Under the pieces are notes generated by a model. The model had not been told where the DNA came from. It saw only the letters and a program-made list of their open reading frames with translations, and ran no database searches. From assembly GCA_965248195.1 (NCBI GenBank), contig CBDFIQ010000002.1, positions 1,024,001 to 1,088,000 on the forward strand: a DNA stretch of 64,000 nt. The letters are read 5' to 3'. This document shows positions 28,740-38,277 of the stretch, one piece after another. The translations under genes were made by a program, and so were the position numbers. The DNA comes from Longimicrobiales bacterium (GTDB lineage Bacteria; Gemmatimonadota; Gemmatimonadetes; Longimicrobiales; Gaopeijiaceae). Position 1 is the first letter of the stretch. Each line of letters starts with the position of its first letter.

Positions 28740-30440
28740 ATGTCCGAAAACGATGCCATGAGGGATACTCGATCGGCTTGGGGGCCGCCCGTCGTGCTTG
28801 TGGTCGCTCTCATCACCGGCGGTTGGTTTCTCCAACGCGGGGTTGAGCAGGAGGCCAACGTTTATCTCCAGGCAAGGCTATTTCAGGAAGTCCTGGACCA
28901 CGTCACGGAACGGTACGTCGATCCGGTCGACCGATCCGGGCTCATCGGATCGGCTATCGAGGGCGTTCTCGAAGAGTTGAATGACCCCCACACCTCCTTT
29001 ATCGACGCCGAAACGTGGGATGGCTTCCGGTTCCGGAGCGGGGCGGACGCCGACTACGGAGGCGTCGGTCTCGAGATCCAGAATCGCGACGGGTGGGTGA
29101 CCGTGATCACGCCGCTCCCCGGGGGACCCGCGTTACGGGCCGGGATACGAGCCGGTGACCGGATCATAGAGGTGGAGGGCGCATCGGCCGAGGATTGGGA
29201 GACCGACCAAGCAGCGAGTCTACTGCGGGGGAGTCCCGAGACCGACGTGAGTCTACTCATCGATCGGCCGGGGGTGGACGAGCCGATTCCGTTCACGTTG
29301 ACCCGTGCAGTTATCGAGCTCCTTTCCGTTCCATTTGCCACCGTGGTGGACGAGGGTGTGGCCTACATCCCGCTCCAGGTTTTCAGTGAGACGTCGGGCG
29401 ATGAGGTGCGCGGGGCGATCGAGCGTCTCCAGGAAGAAGGAATGACGTCCCTGATATTGGATCTGAGGGGCAACCCCGGGGGGCTCCTCGAGGAGGGTGT
29501 GGGTGTAGCCGACCTTTTCCTCACCAACGGAGCTCCGATCCTGGAGACCCGTGGGCGAGCGTCGGGGCAGAACCAGAACTTCGGTGCGGTGAATCCGGAG
29601 ATGGTTCCCGGGCTTCCGGTGGTCGTTCTGGTGAACGAGAGCAGCGCGAGTGCCTCGGAGATCGTTGCCGGCGCGCTCCAGGACCACGACCGCGCCCTCG
29701 TATTGGGGACCCGGACGTATGGAAAGGGTTCGGTACAGACGCTGTACCGGCTCAGCGGCGGGAACATCCTCAGGCTTACGACGGCGCGCTGGTACACTCC
29801 AGTGGGACGATCCATTCAGATCGTCCGCGATGAGCAGGCGGAGGACGCTGCGGGCCAGAGCTCGGCGTTGGGACTGGGCGGGGAGCGGGTCCTCAAAGCT
29901 ACTCCGGAAGAGGGGCCGACCGTGGAGTCCTTTGGCGGGCGTACGCTATATGGCGGGGGGGGCATCACACCCGATCTCGTAGTGCTGCCCGACACTCTGT
30001 CGGCGCGTGAGCAAGGGGCGGTCCAGCGCCTCTTCCGCTCGGCGGGCGCATTCGCCACTGCGGCGTTCAACCACGCCGTCTCTTATGTACAGGATCACCC
30101 CGATCTGGCCACCGGGTTCGCTCTTACTCCGGCGGATCTGGATCGGTTCTATCGGACTCTCATCGATGAGCACGAGATCGTGCTCGACGAATCCGACTTC
30201 GTGACCGCGGTACGCTTCGTGACGCTTCGACTCGAACGTCAGATTGCTCTCCAGGCATGGGGTGAAGAGGGGGCTTTTCAGCACACCCGCACAGGCGACA
30301 GACAGCTCGACGATGCGATCGAGATCTTGAAGCAAGCGGATACGCCCGAGGCTCTTTTCACTTTGGCTGCCGCCGCGAACCCGATCGAGACCGCGACGGG
30401 TGCGGGTGCATCCGCGCCTGGCGCCTCGGGCCCGAACTGA
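28740..30440 (+). CDS. ctpA: S41 family carboxyl-terminal processing protease
   Basis: LNDPHT, PDZ domain, LDLRGNPGG, SASASEIVAGALQD, TYGKGSVQ. Confidence 0.94.
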   Translation: MSENDAMRDTRSAWGPPVVLVVALITGGWFLQRGVEQEANVYLQARLFQEVLDHVTERYVDPVDRSGLIGSAIEGVLEELNDPHTSFIDAETWDGFRFRSGADADYGGVGLEIQNRDGWVTVITPLPGGPALRAGIRAGDRIIEVEGASAEDWETDQAASLLRGSPETDVSLLIDRPGVDEPIPFTLTRAVIELLSVPFATVVDEGVAYIPLQVFSETSGDEVRGAIERLQEEGMTSLILDLRGNPGGLLEEGVGVADLFLTNGAPILETRGRASGQNQNFGAVNPEMVPGLPVVVLVNESSASASEIVAGALQDHDRALVLGTRTYGKGSVQTLYRLSGGNILRLTTARWYTPVGRSIQIVRDEQAEDAAGQSSALGLGGERVLKATPEEGPTVESFGGRTLYGGGGITPDLVVLPDTLSAREQGAVQRLFRSAGAFATAAFNHAVSYVQDHPDLATGFALTPADLDRFYRTLIDEHEIVLDESDFVTAVRFVTLRLERQIALQAWGEEGAFQHTRTGDRQLDDAIEILKQADTPEALFTLAAAANPIETATGAGASAPGASGPN

Positions 30441-30524
30441 CCCGAGGAACCCTTCGGGTGCCCCGGCGCATCCGGTAGTATAGGCGAATCCGGAAGTGTA
30501 CCCTGACGTCCGAGAGGTCCGGCG

Positions 30525-31508
30525 ATGAGCCGTGTGGTCGTCGAGCGAGCGGGTTTGTTGGAGTCGGCCCACCGAGTGCATGTCGCGGTCGTGGACTCCG
30601 AGGGGTGCCTTACGGCCAGCGTGGGAGACGCCGAGCGGGTCGTCTTCCATCGGTCTGCCGCCAAACCGTTTCAGGCCGTCCCCCTGGTCGACGATGAGGT
30701 GGCCGACCAGTTCGCTCTGACTACGGAGGAGTTGGCGTTGTGTTGCGCCTCCCACAACGGTGAACCGGAGCACGAGGCCTTGGCCCGGTCGATCCTGTCG
30801 AAGGCGGGCCTCGATGAAAGTGACCTGGAATGCGGTCCGCATCTTCCCCTCGACCGTAGGACGGCCGAGGCACTCCTTCGGGCGGGCGGGTCTCCTACCT
30901 CGATCCACAACAACTGCTCGGGAAAACATGCCGGGATGTTGGCGTTGGCTGTTGCCCATGGATGGCCGACCCGGGGGTATATCCGTAGGGACCACCCTGT
31001 TCAGGTGCGCATGGTAGCGGAAATGGGTCGATGGACGAGTCTCCAAGAGGGCGAAATCGGGCTAGGACGGGATGGCTGCGGGGTCGTCGCGTTCGCCACA
31101 CCGCTCGCTCGGTTGGCGGGCGGCTTCGCCAGCCTCGGCGGGGCCGACGGACCCCCCAGGCGAATCGTGTCGGCCATGTGCGCTCACCCCTTCTTGGTCG
31201 CCGGGACCGGACGCTTTGGAACCGCCCTTGGCTGCGCGGCAGGCGAGCGTCTCTTCGGAAAGACGGGGGCAGAGGGTGTGTTTGCTGTGGGCGCCACCGA
31301 CGGAAGCTTTGGGATCGCCGTCAAGGTGGAGGACGGTGGACAGCGGGCGACTCCGGTGGCGGTCCTGCACGTGCTCGACCGATTGGGAGTGCTCGATGGA
31401 ATGGAAAGTGAATCCTTGAACGCGTTTCGACGCCCCATTGTCAAGAATACTCTCGGCGAGGACGTGGGGGTCATGCGAGCCGATTTTCGGCTGGAAGGGC
31501 TCGCGTGA
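30525..31508 (+). CDS. L-asparaginase II (rhizobial type)
   Basis: RSAAKPFQA, CASHNGE..H, NNCSGKH, DGCG, GKTGAEGV, KVEDG. Confidence 0.9.
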   Translation: MSRVVVERAGLLESAHRVHVAVVDSEGCLTASVGDAERVVFHRSAAKPFQAVPLVDDEVADQFALTTEELALCCASHNGEPEHEALARSILSKAGLDESDLECGPHLPLDRRTAEALLRAGGSPTSIHNNCSGKHAGMLALAVAHGWPTRGYIRRDHPVQVRMVAEMGRWTSLQEGEIGLGRDGCGVVAFATPLARLAGGFASLGGADGPPRRIVSAMCAHPFLVAGTGRFGTALGCAAGERLFGKTGAEGVFAVGATDGSFGIAVKVEDGGQRATPVAVLHVLDRLGVLDGMESESLNAFRRPIVKNTLGEDVGVMRADFRLEGLA

Positions 31509-31560
31509 CCGACGGTGGCCGTGACGTGTGCGGAGCAGTGTACTCGGCGCATTACGAGCG

Positions 31561-32592
31561 ATGATGTTCGTCGATCGTGTGATCATCGATGTCTACGGAG
31601 GAGCGGGGGGCGCGGGCTCTGAAGCCTATCGGAGGGAGAAGGGCGTGCCGCGGGGCGGCCCCGCCGGGGGCGACGGCGGAAAGGGTGGAAGCGTGGTCAT
31701 GGTTGCCGACGCCCAACTCTCGACCCTTCTGGACCTCCGCTACCGGCAGCATCACCGGGCCCAGCGCGGCCTCCATGGCTCGGGGAAGAACAAGACCGGC
31801 AAAAGCGGGGACGACCTGATCATTCCCGTACCCCCGGGTACCGTGATCAAGGACGCCGATACGGAGGTCGTTCTCGGAGAATTACTCGAGCCCGGCGACC
31901 GTATGGTGGTCGCCCAGGGGGGTCGAGGCGGACGTGGGAACGTGCACTTCGTGACATCCACGAATCAGACCCCGATCCGGTGGGAGCCCGGGTGGCCTGG
32001 CGAGGAGCGGCGCGTGGAGGTCGAGCTCAAGTTGATCGCCGACGTAGGACTCGTCGGGGAGCCCAACGCGGGCAAGTCGACGTTTCTGGCGGCCGTGTCG
32101 AAGGCGCGGCCGAAGGTGGCGGACTACCCGTTCACGACGCTGGCTCCAAACCTGGGAATCGTGGAGTTGCCCGATTTCCGGAGCTTCGCCCTGGCGGACA
32201 TCCCGGGCATCGTAGAGGGCGCTCATGAGGGAAAGGGGCTGGGCCTCCAGTTTCTCCGCCATATCGAGCGGACCCGCACGCTGGCGCTGTTGGTTCCGGT
32301 CGACGCGCCGGATCCCGCTCAGGTGTATCGGGAGTTGCGGGAAGAGCTCTCGTCCTACTCAGAGGAGCTGGGTGCGAGGCCGCACTGTGTGATTCTGACC
32401 AAGACCGACCTCCTCGGGCCGGGGGACGATGCTCCGCCGTTGGACGCTCCGGAGGCATGGGGGGTCTTTGAGGTGTCCTCGGTGGCGCGGACAGGGCTCT
32501 CGGACCTCCTGGAGGCGCTGTGGGTGAGGCTCCGAGAGGTCATCGACGGAGAGACCGCGGGTAAGGGAGACGACGATTGGGATACTCCCTGA
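31561..32592 (+). CDS. obgE: GTPase Obg
   Basis: MFVD..GG.GG..RREK.VPRGGP.GGDGG; VGEPNAGKST; DYPFTT; DIPG. Confidence 0.96.
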   Translation: MMFVDRVIIDVYGGAGGAGSEAYRREKGVPRGGPAGGDGGKGGSVVMVADAQLSTLLDLRYRQHHRAQRGLHGSGKNKTGKSGDDLIIPVPPGTVIKDADTEVVLGELLEPGDRMVVAQGGRGGRGNVHFVTSTNQTPIRWEPGWPGEERRVEVELKLIADVGLVGEPNAGKSTFLAAVSKARPKVADYPFTTLAPNLGIVELPDFRSFALADIPGIVEGAHEGKGLGLQFLRHIERTRTLALLVPVDAPDPAQVYRELREELSSYSEELGARPHCVILTKTDLLGPGDDAPPLDAPEAWGVFEVSSVARTGLSDLLEALWVRLREVIDGETAGKGDDDWDTP

Positions 32593-32594
32593 GT

Positions 32595-33728
32595 GTGAGC
32601 TCTTCGGAGCGGGTTCGTGAGATCCAGGCGGTCCTGCGACTCAGCTCAGTGCCGGGCGTGGGCACGCGGGGGCTTTGGCGGATCCTCAAGCGATTCGGAT
32701 CTGGCCAACGAGCTCTCGATGCCCGCCCGGAGGATCTCGACGCGGCGGCGCGAAAGGAGTGCGGTGGTGCGCTCGCATCCCCCGGTCTCGACCGCCGGGT
32801 GCGCGATGCCTTGGGCCGATGTCGCACGCCCGAAATCGAGATTCTCCTGTGGTCGGATGAGGGGTACCCGGAGAGGCTGGGCCATCTGGTCGACCCGCCG
32901 CCCGTTTTGTTCGCCCGAGGGCGGCTCGAGTTGCTGGGGAGACCGTCGGTGACCATCGTCGGATCCCGCCGCTCCACGGCGTATGGACGCCGAAGTGCGG
33001 AGGCCTTGGCGGCGCAGATGGCGCTTCGGAGGATCACCGTCGTGAGTGGCTTGGCGCTCGGCATCGACGGCGCATCGCACCGGGGTGCCCTAGAGGTGGG
33101 TGGAGACACGATTGCGGTGCTCGGCTCCGGCATCGACTTGATCCAGCCGGCCTCCCATCGTCGCCTCGGCGAGCGCATTGCCCGTGAGGGGCTTCTCCTC
33201 TCGGAGTTCCTGCCCGGAGAACCGGCCCGAGCGCATCACTTTCCTAGAAGGAACAGGATTCTGGCCGCGTTGAGCAGCGCGGTCGTGGTGGTCGAAGCGG
33301 CCGAGAAGAGTGGAGCCCTGATTACGGTCGAGCATGCGCTCGATCTGGGGCGGGATGTGTATGCCGTGCCGGGCGCACTCGACGCTCCGCAGAGTCGGGG
33401 GTGCAACGTGTTGATCCGCCAAGGAGCACAGGTGATCACCTCGCCCGAGGAGTTCGGGCGGGACCTGGGCTTGGTTTGCGGCTCATCGGCGGACTTCCGG
33501 GCAGAGTCCGGGTCTTCCTCCGCGGCTCGGGAGGTGGTGCCGGCCGGCCTCGATGACGAGGCGCGGCGTGTGTGGCTCGCCTTGAGCGAGCGGTCGCTCG
33601 GGATCGATGACGTCGCGTCCGGCGCGGATCTGCAGTCCGCCCGTGTCCTCGCGGCGCTCACAATCCTTCAAGTTGGAGGACTCGTGGTGCAGGAGTCCGG
33701 CATGCGATTTCGCCGGGCGTCTCGATGA
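32595..33728 (+). CDS. dprA: DNA-processing protein DprA
   Basis: YPERL..DPPPVLF, IVGSR, VSGLALGIDG.SH, FPRRNRI, SGALIT. Confidence 0.94.
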   Translation: MSSSERVREIQAVLRLSSVPGVGTRGLWRILKRFGSGQRALDARPEDLDAAARKECGGALASPGLDRRVRDALGRCRTPEIEILLWSDEGYPERLGHLVDPPPVLFARGRLELLGRPSVTIVGSRRSTAYGRRSAEALAAQMALRRITVVSGLALGIDGASHRGALEVGGDTIAVLGSGIDLIQPASHRRLGERIAREGLLLSEFLPGEPARAHHFPRRNRILAALSSAVVVVEAAEKSGALITVEHALDLGRDVYAVPGALDAPQSRGCNVLIRQGAQVITSPEEFGRDLGLVCGSSADFRAESGSSSAAREVVPAGLDDEARRVWLALSERSLGIDDVASGADLQSARVLAALTILQVGGLVVQESGMRFRRASR

Positions 33729-34909
33729 AGCAGTCGGCATCGCAGGCGGTCCGGGTCCTCGACCACCCTCCGAACCCCGGCGCCATCCGATCCGTTTATG
33801 TGCATGCTCCGTTCTGTGCTCGCCGGTGCTTCTACTGTGATTTCGCCGTGAGGGTCGCGACGGCGGATCGTGCTGGGTGGCTGGGCGCTCTGACTGCGGA
33901 GATCCGCGCCTTGGAGAGAGAGGGAGCGTTCGTCTTGGACGACAGGCTCGATACCCTGTACGTCGGCGGCGGGACGCCTTCGCTTCTCGGCGCGCAGGCG
34001 ATGCAGGGCCTCCTGACCGTAATCGGGGAGGAGCGCCTCCGGCGGCCCGAGCTAGAGTGGACCGCAGAGGCGAACCCGGAGAGCTTCTCGCAGGAGGTAG
34101 CGAAAGGCTGGCGAAGCACCGGTGTCAACCGGATCAGCCTTGGGATTCAGAGCTTTCACGCGCCATCACTCCGGTGGATGGGACGGTTGCACGGAGCCGA
34201 CGGAGCGCGGTCGGCGGTCCAGATCGCAAGAGCGGAGGGTTTCACCAACCTCAGTGTCGATCTGATCTTCGGCCTACCGGGCCATCTGGAGCGGGACTGG
34301 GAGCGCGACCTGGACGAGACGCTCTCCCTCCAACCCGATCATGTCAGCCTTTATGGCCTGAGCGCCGAGTCGGCCACGCCCTTGGGTCGTGCGGTGGCCG
34401 AGGGTAGTGAGTTCCTTCCCTCCGAGGAGCGGTACGAGCAGGAGTATTTCTTGGCCGTGGACCGCCTGGCGGAGGCGGGGTATGGGGCGTATGAGGTGTC
34501 CAACTTCGCTCGCCCGGGATTCGCCTCGCGGCACAACTCGGTGTACTGGTCGGGAGAACCGTACATCGGGTTGGGAAATGGGGCGCACAGCTACCGGCAT
34601 CCGGTCCGCAGATGGAACATACGAGATTGGGACGCCTACCGCGCTGGCACCGACGGCCCGGGCCCGCCGGTGGACGACGAAGAGGAACTCGATGTGGGCA
34701 AAGTCCGGCTCGAGCGGATTTGGCTTGGACTCAGAACGAGGCGGGGGATCTCCTTGCGGGACTTACCCTCCTCGGCCAGGGACCGGGCGGCTCGTTGGGT
34801 GGAGAGTGCCTTAGCGGTGGCGGAAGGGAATGTCCTGCGACTGACACCAAGGGGCTGGCTGGTCATGGACCGCCTCACCCTCGAAATGGAGGCGGATCTC
34901 GAAGGGTGA
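33725..34909 (+). CDS. hemW: Radical SAM heme chaperone HemW
   Basis: YVHAPFCARRCFYCDF, GGGTPS, YEVSNFA, HNSVYW; upstream of hrcA. Confidence 0.9.
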   Translation: MKQSASQAVRVLDHPPNPGAIRSVYVHAPFCARRCFYCDFAVRVATADRAGWLGALTAEIRALEREGAFVLDDRLDTLYVGGGTPSLLGAQAMQGLLTVIGEERLRRPELEWTAEANPESFSQEVAKGWRSTGVNRISLGIQSFHAPSLRWMGRLHGADGARSAVQIARAEGFTNLSVDLIFGLPGHLERDWERDLDETLSLQPDHVSLYGLSAESATPLGRAVAEGSEFLPSEERYEQEYFLAVDRLAEAGYGAYEVSNFARPGFASRHNSVYWSGEPYIGLGNGAHSYRHPVRRWNIRDWDAYRAGTDGPGPPVDDEEELDVGKVRLERIWLGLRTRRGISLRDLPSSARDRAARWVESALAVAEGNVLRLTPRGWLVMDRLTLEMEADLEG

Positions 34910-34943
34910 TCGCCACTGACGCCGTTTCTCGATATTTTTAAGC

Positions 34944-36017
34944 ATGAGTCCCGAAACCCCCCAATCGATTGGTCAGGATCTCTCGGAGCGCGAGCGCCAA
35001 GTGCTCCAGGCCGTGGTCCGTACGTACGTAGATTCCGCGGAGCCGGCTGGGAGTCGAACGTTGGCGAAGAGGTTCGATCTCGGTGTTTCGCCGGCCACCG
35101 TGCGGAATACGATGAGCGACCTCGAGTCCAAGGGATATCTCTTCCATCGCCATACCTCCGCCGGACGCATCCCGACGGATCATGCGTACCGATTTTATGT
35201 CGACCGGATCATGCGGCCGCGGCCGCTGACGGAGGTCGAGCGTGAACGCCTTGCCCAGGAAATCGAGATCGGAGGATCCTCGGCGGTCGAGCGACTCGTA
35301 CAGCGTGCGATCCGGGCCCTCAGCCTCCTTTCGGGAGAGTTGGGTGTGGCTGTCGCTCCGAGTCTGGAGGATGCGATCCTCGAGCGACTGGAGCTGATCC
35401 AGGTTTCGAGTGCGAAGATCTTGATGGTGATGTCCATCAAAAGTGGGCTTGTCCACACCGTTTACGTCGATCTACCCGGCGAGGTTCAGTCCGACGTCCT
35501 GGCGAGCGTGACACAGGTCCTCAATGAGCGGCTCGCGGGCCTCACCCTCCATGCGATAAGGGAAACCCTGCTCGACCGACTGAGGGATACGGGAATCGGC
35601 CACGGCGGAGGGGCCGACGAGCTCCTCAATATCTTCATTCAGTCGAGTTCCGAGCTGTTCGATTGGACGCCGCTCGAAGGGGGCCAGGTCCATCTGGGCC
35701 AGACGAGCGTCCTGGCTGCTCAGCCGGAATTCAACACCGGAGAGCGGCTCAAGGGGCTCATCGAACTAACGGAGCAAAGGACCCTGCTCGCGGACGTTCT
35801 AGGGAACAGGGAGCACCAGGGCGGACTAAAGATCACCATTGGTAGCGAAAACCCGGAGGAGGCTCTGTCCGATTTCACGCTGGTTACGGCGGAATACCGG
35901 GTCGGACAACTCAAAGGTGTGATCGGCGTGATCGGTCCCACTCGGATGCCGTACGAAAAGGTGATCGCGATTGTCGACTATACGTCGACGCTGGTCAACA
36001 GCGTTCTCGGTGTCTAG
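34944..36017 (+). CDS. hrcA: Heat-inducible transcription repressor
   Basis: EPAGSRTL, SPATVRNTMSDLE, HTSAGRIPT, GVIGPTRMPY. Confidence 0.96.
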   Translation: MSPETPQSIGQDLSERERQVLQAVVRTYVDSAEPAGSRTLAKRFDLGVSPATVRNTMSDLESKGYLFHRHTSAGRIPTDHAYRFYVDRIMRPRPLTEVERERLAQEIEIGGSSAVERLVQRAIRALSLLSGELGVAVAPSLEDAILERLELIQVSSAKILMVMSIKSGLVHTVYVDLPGEVQSDVLASVTQVLNERLAGLTLHAIRETLLDRLRDTGIGHGGGADELLNIFIQSSSELFDWTPLEGGQVHLGQTSVLAAQPEFNTGERLKGLIELTEQRTLLADVLGNREHQGGLKITIGSENPEEALSDFTLVTAEYRVGQLKGVIGVIGPTRMPYEKVIAIVDYTSTLVNSVLGV

Positions 36018-36039
36018 AAGGGGATTCCCACGGAGGTAA

Positions 36040-37200
36040 ATGGCCGACTACTATGAGTTGCTGGGCGTCTCGAAGGGCGCTAGCACGGACGATATCAAGA
36101 AAGCGTACCGTAAGCTCGCCCTGAAATACCATCCCGATCGGAACCAAGGATCGAAGGAGACCGAGGACCGGTTCAAGCAAGTGACCGAGGCCTACGAGAT
36201 TCTCCGTGATTCCGAGAAGCGCTCGGTCTACGACCAATACGGAGAGCAGGGGCTGAGTCGCGCTGCGGGTGGGCCAGGCGGATTCGGAGGCTTCGACTTC
36301 TCGGACGCGCTCGAGGTCTTCATGAGGGATTTCGGAGGGTTCGGGGGGCTCGAGGACCTCTTCGGCGGAAGACAGCAGCGAGGCGGATCTCGATCGGCGC
36401 CCCAAGGCCAGACGATCAAGATCAAGGTGCGCATCTCCCTCCCGGAGGTGGCCACGGGCGTTTTGAAGACGCTGACGGTGGCGATCCTGGACACCTGCGA
36501 ACGCTGTTCGGGAAGCGGGAGTGCCGACGGAGCTGCCCCGGTGCCCTGCGGGACCTGTGGGGGGTCGGGAGAGACGCGTCAGGCACAGCGAACGGTGTTC
36601 GGGCAGTTCATCAGCGTGGTTCCGTGCCGTACCTGCCGGGGTGAGGGGCGTGTCATCAAAGAGCCGTGCCCCATTTGTCACGGTGAAGGACGGGCCCGCT
36701 CCGAGCGGCCCATCAAGGTCGACATCCCCCCCGGCGTGACGTCTGAGAACTTCATTACGATGCGTGCTGAGGGCAACGTAGGGCCGCGGGGGGGTCCGCG
36801 TGGCGATGTCCTGGTGCTGATCGAGGTCGAGGAGGACGCCCGCTTCGTACGAGACGGGCCGCACCTGCGATACGAGCTGCCCATCACATTCTCGCAGGCG
36901 GCCTTGGGGGATGAGGCCGAGGTGCCGACCGTGGACGGGACGGTCAGACTGACCATCCCGAAGGGTATCCAAAGCGGGGAGGTTTTGCGTCTCAGAGGCC
37001 AGGGGCTCCCGGAGCTTCACGGCAGCGGTAGGGGGGACCAACTCGTACGGGTCGCGGTGTGGACGCCGGAACGGTTGACGCCCGAACAGGAGGAAACCAT
37101 TCGTACGCTTCGTGACATGGAGGACCCGGCGCCCGAGAAGCTCCGTGATTCGGGCAGGAGCATCTGGTCCCGAGTCAAAGAGGCGTTCACCCAGGCGTGA
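36040..37200 (+). CDS. dnaJ: Chaperone DnaJ
   Basis: J-domain HPD, G/F region, four CxxCxGxG repeats. Confidence 0.97.
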   Translation: MADYYELLGVSKGASTDDIKKAYRKLALKYHPDRNQGSKETEDRFKQVTEAYEILRDSEKRSVYDQYGEQGLSRAAGGPGGFGGFDFSDALEVFMRDFGGFGGLEDLFGGRQQRGGSRSAPQGQTIKIKVRISLPEVATGVLKTLTVAILDTCERCSGSGSADGAAPVPCGTCGGSGETRQAQRTVFGQFISVVPCRTCRGEGRVIKEPCPICHGEGRARSERPIKVDIPPGVTSENFITMRAEGNVGPRGGPRGDVLVLIEVEEDARFVRDGPHLRYELPITFSQAALGDEAEVPTVDGTVRLTIPKGIQSGEVLRLRGQGLPELHGSGRGDQLVRVAVWTPERLTPEQEETIRTLRDMEDPAPEKLRDSGRSIWSRVKEAFTQA

Positions 37201-37672
37201 TCGACGCTTCGGAAACCTCCGACGCCACACCCGACCGCTGGTTGGCTCTTTCGGTTGATTCGTACGCTCCCATGGCGTCGGAACTGCCCCGCTCAATCAG
37301 TAGAAGCCAACGCGCCACTGCTGTTGCCGAATTCTCGTCGACCCTCCTTCCCAGACACCGGAGACTTTCCGCGGTGCGGGCCGAAACTGGTGAACTCGCT
37401 CGGGTGTTGGGGTCGAGGCCGAGAACCCAAGTCTCGGGGCTCCACGGCGGGGCCTCGCCTGGCTTCGCTGTTGAACGGCGCCAAGGTCCGATCATGGGGT
37501 CGAGAACGCGAAAAAGGTCGGGCCGCGACCGAATTTCTGTTAGGATCCGCTCGGGACTGACGACGTAACCGGGGGTCTCCTCTTCGATCGCCTCCAGGAG
37601 GCGAGCGAGTGGAAGCGCCGGAGCGGGAGAACGGCTCAGGATCTCCCTCGCAAAATCTGGTATGGTCTTCAT
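37187..37672 (-). CDS. Hypothetical protein (161 aa), possible winged-helix N-terminus
   Basis: ATG after SD GAGGGG; fills the gap between dnaJ and yqeY; protein-like helical sequence. Confidence 0.6.
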   Translation of the reverse strand: MKTIPDFAREILSRSPAPALPLARLLEAIEEETPGYVVSPERILTEIRSRPDLFRVLDPMIGPWRRSTAKPGEAPPWSPETWVLGLDPNTRASSPVSARTAESLRCLGRRVDENSATAVARWLLLIERGSSDAMGAYESTERANQRSGVASEVSEASITPG

Positions 37673-37791
37673 GATCCCCTCGTGGGTCGTGGAAAAGATG
37701 GCATCGGTCGCTCCCCACTCGCCCCGAGAATAGGCGTAGAGAGGTGGCGGCCCCATGGCTGGATGGGACCTTCTTGGGTAGCTTCCCAGCC

Positions 37792-38229
37792 ATGTCGGAA
37801 GATCTGAAAGCGAGGCTCCGAGATGACCTCGTCGTGGTCCGCAAGGCGCGAAATCGGTTGGGCACGGTGGTCCTCACCACGCTCCTTTCGGAGGTGCGAA
37901 ATCGGGAGATCGAGGTCGGTGAAGCGTTGGATGACGAGGGGATTCAGGCCGTCGTCGCGAAGGGGATCAAACAGCGGCGTGACGCGGCGGAGCAGATGCT
38001 GGAGGCCGGACGTCCGGAGTTGGCCGAGAAGGAATCCGAGGAGGCCACCATACTCCAGGCGTACCTACCGCCCGCTCTCTCCGAGTCCGACGTGCACGCC
38101 ATGGTCCGGGAGGCGATCGATGCCGGCGCCACCGAAATGGGTGCCGTGATGGGCCGAATCATGCCGAAGATCCGAGGACGCTTCGATGGAAAAGAAGCGA
38201 ACCGGATCGTGCGGGAAGAACTCGCGTGA
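37792..38229 (+). CDS. GatB/YqeY domain protein
   Basis: KQRRDAAE..AGRPELAEKE..EA.IL..YLP..LS; MGAVMG..GRFDGK. Confidence 0.92.
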   Translation: MSEDLKARLRDDLVVVRKARNRLGTVVLTTLLSEVRNREIEVGEALDDEGIQAVVAKGIKQRRDAAEQMLEAGRPELAEKESEEATILQAYLPPALSESDVHAMVREAIDAGATEMGAVMGRIMPKIRGRFDGKEANRIVREELA

Positions 38230-38248
38230 GTGAAGAACTCGCGTGAGT
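38215..38248 (+). repeat. Perfect 17-bp tandem duplication spanning the yqeY stop codon
   Basis: GAAGAACTCGCGTGAGT x2. Confidence 0.9.
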
Positions 38249-38277
38249 ATGGAACGGCTCTCCCGCGCTTCCGTGGG

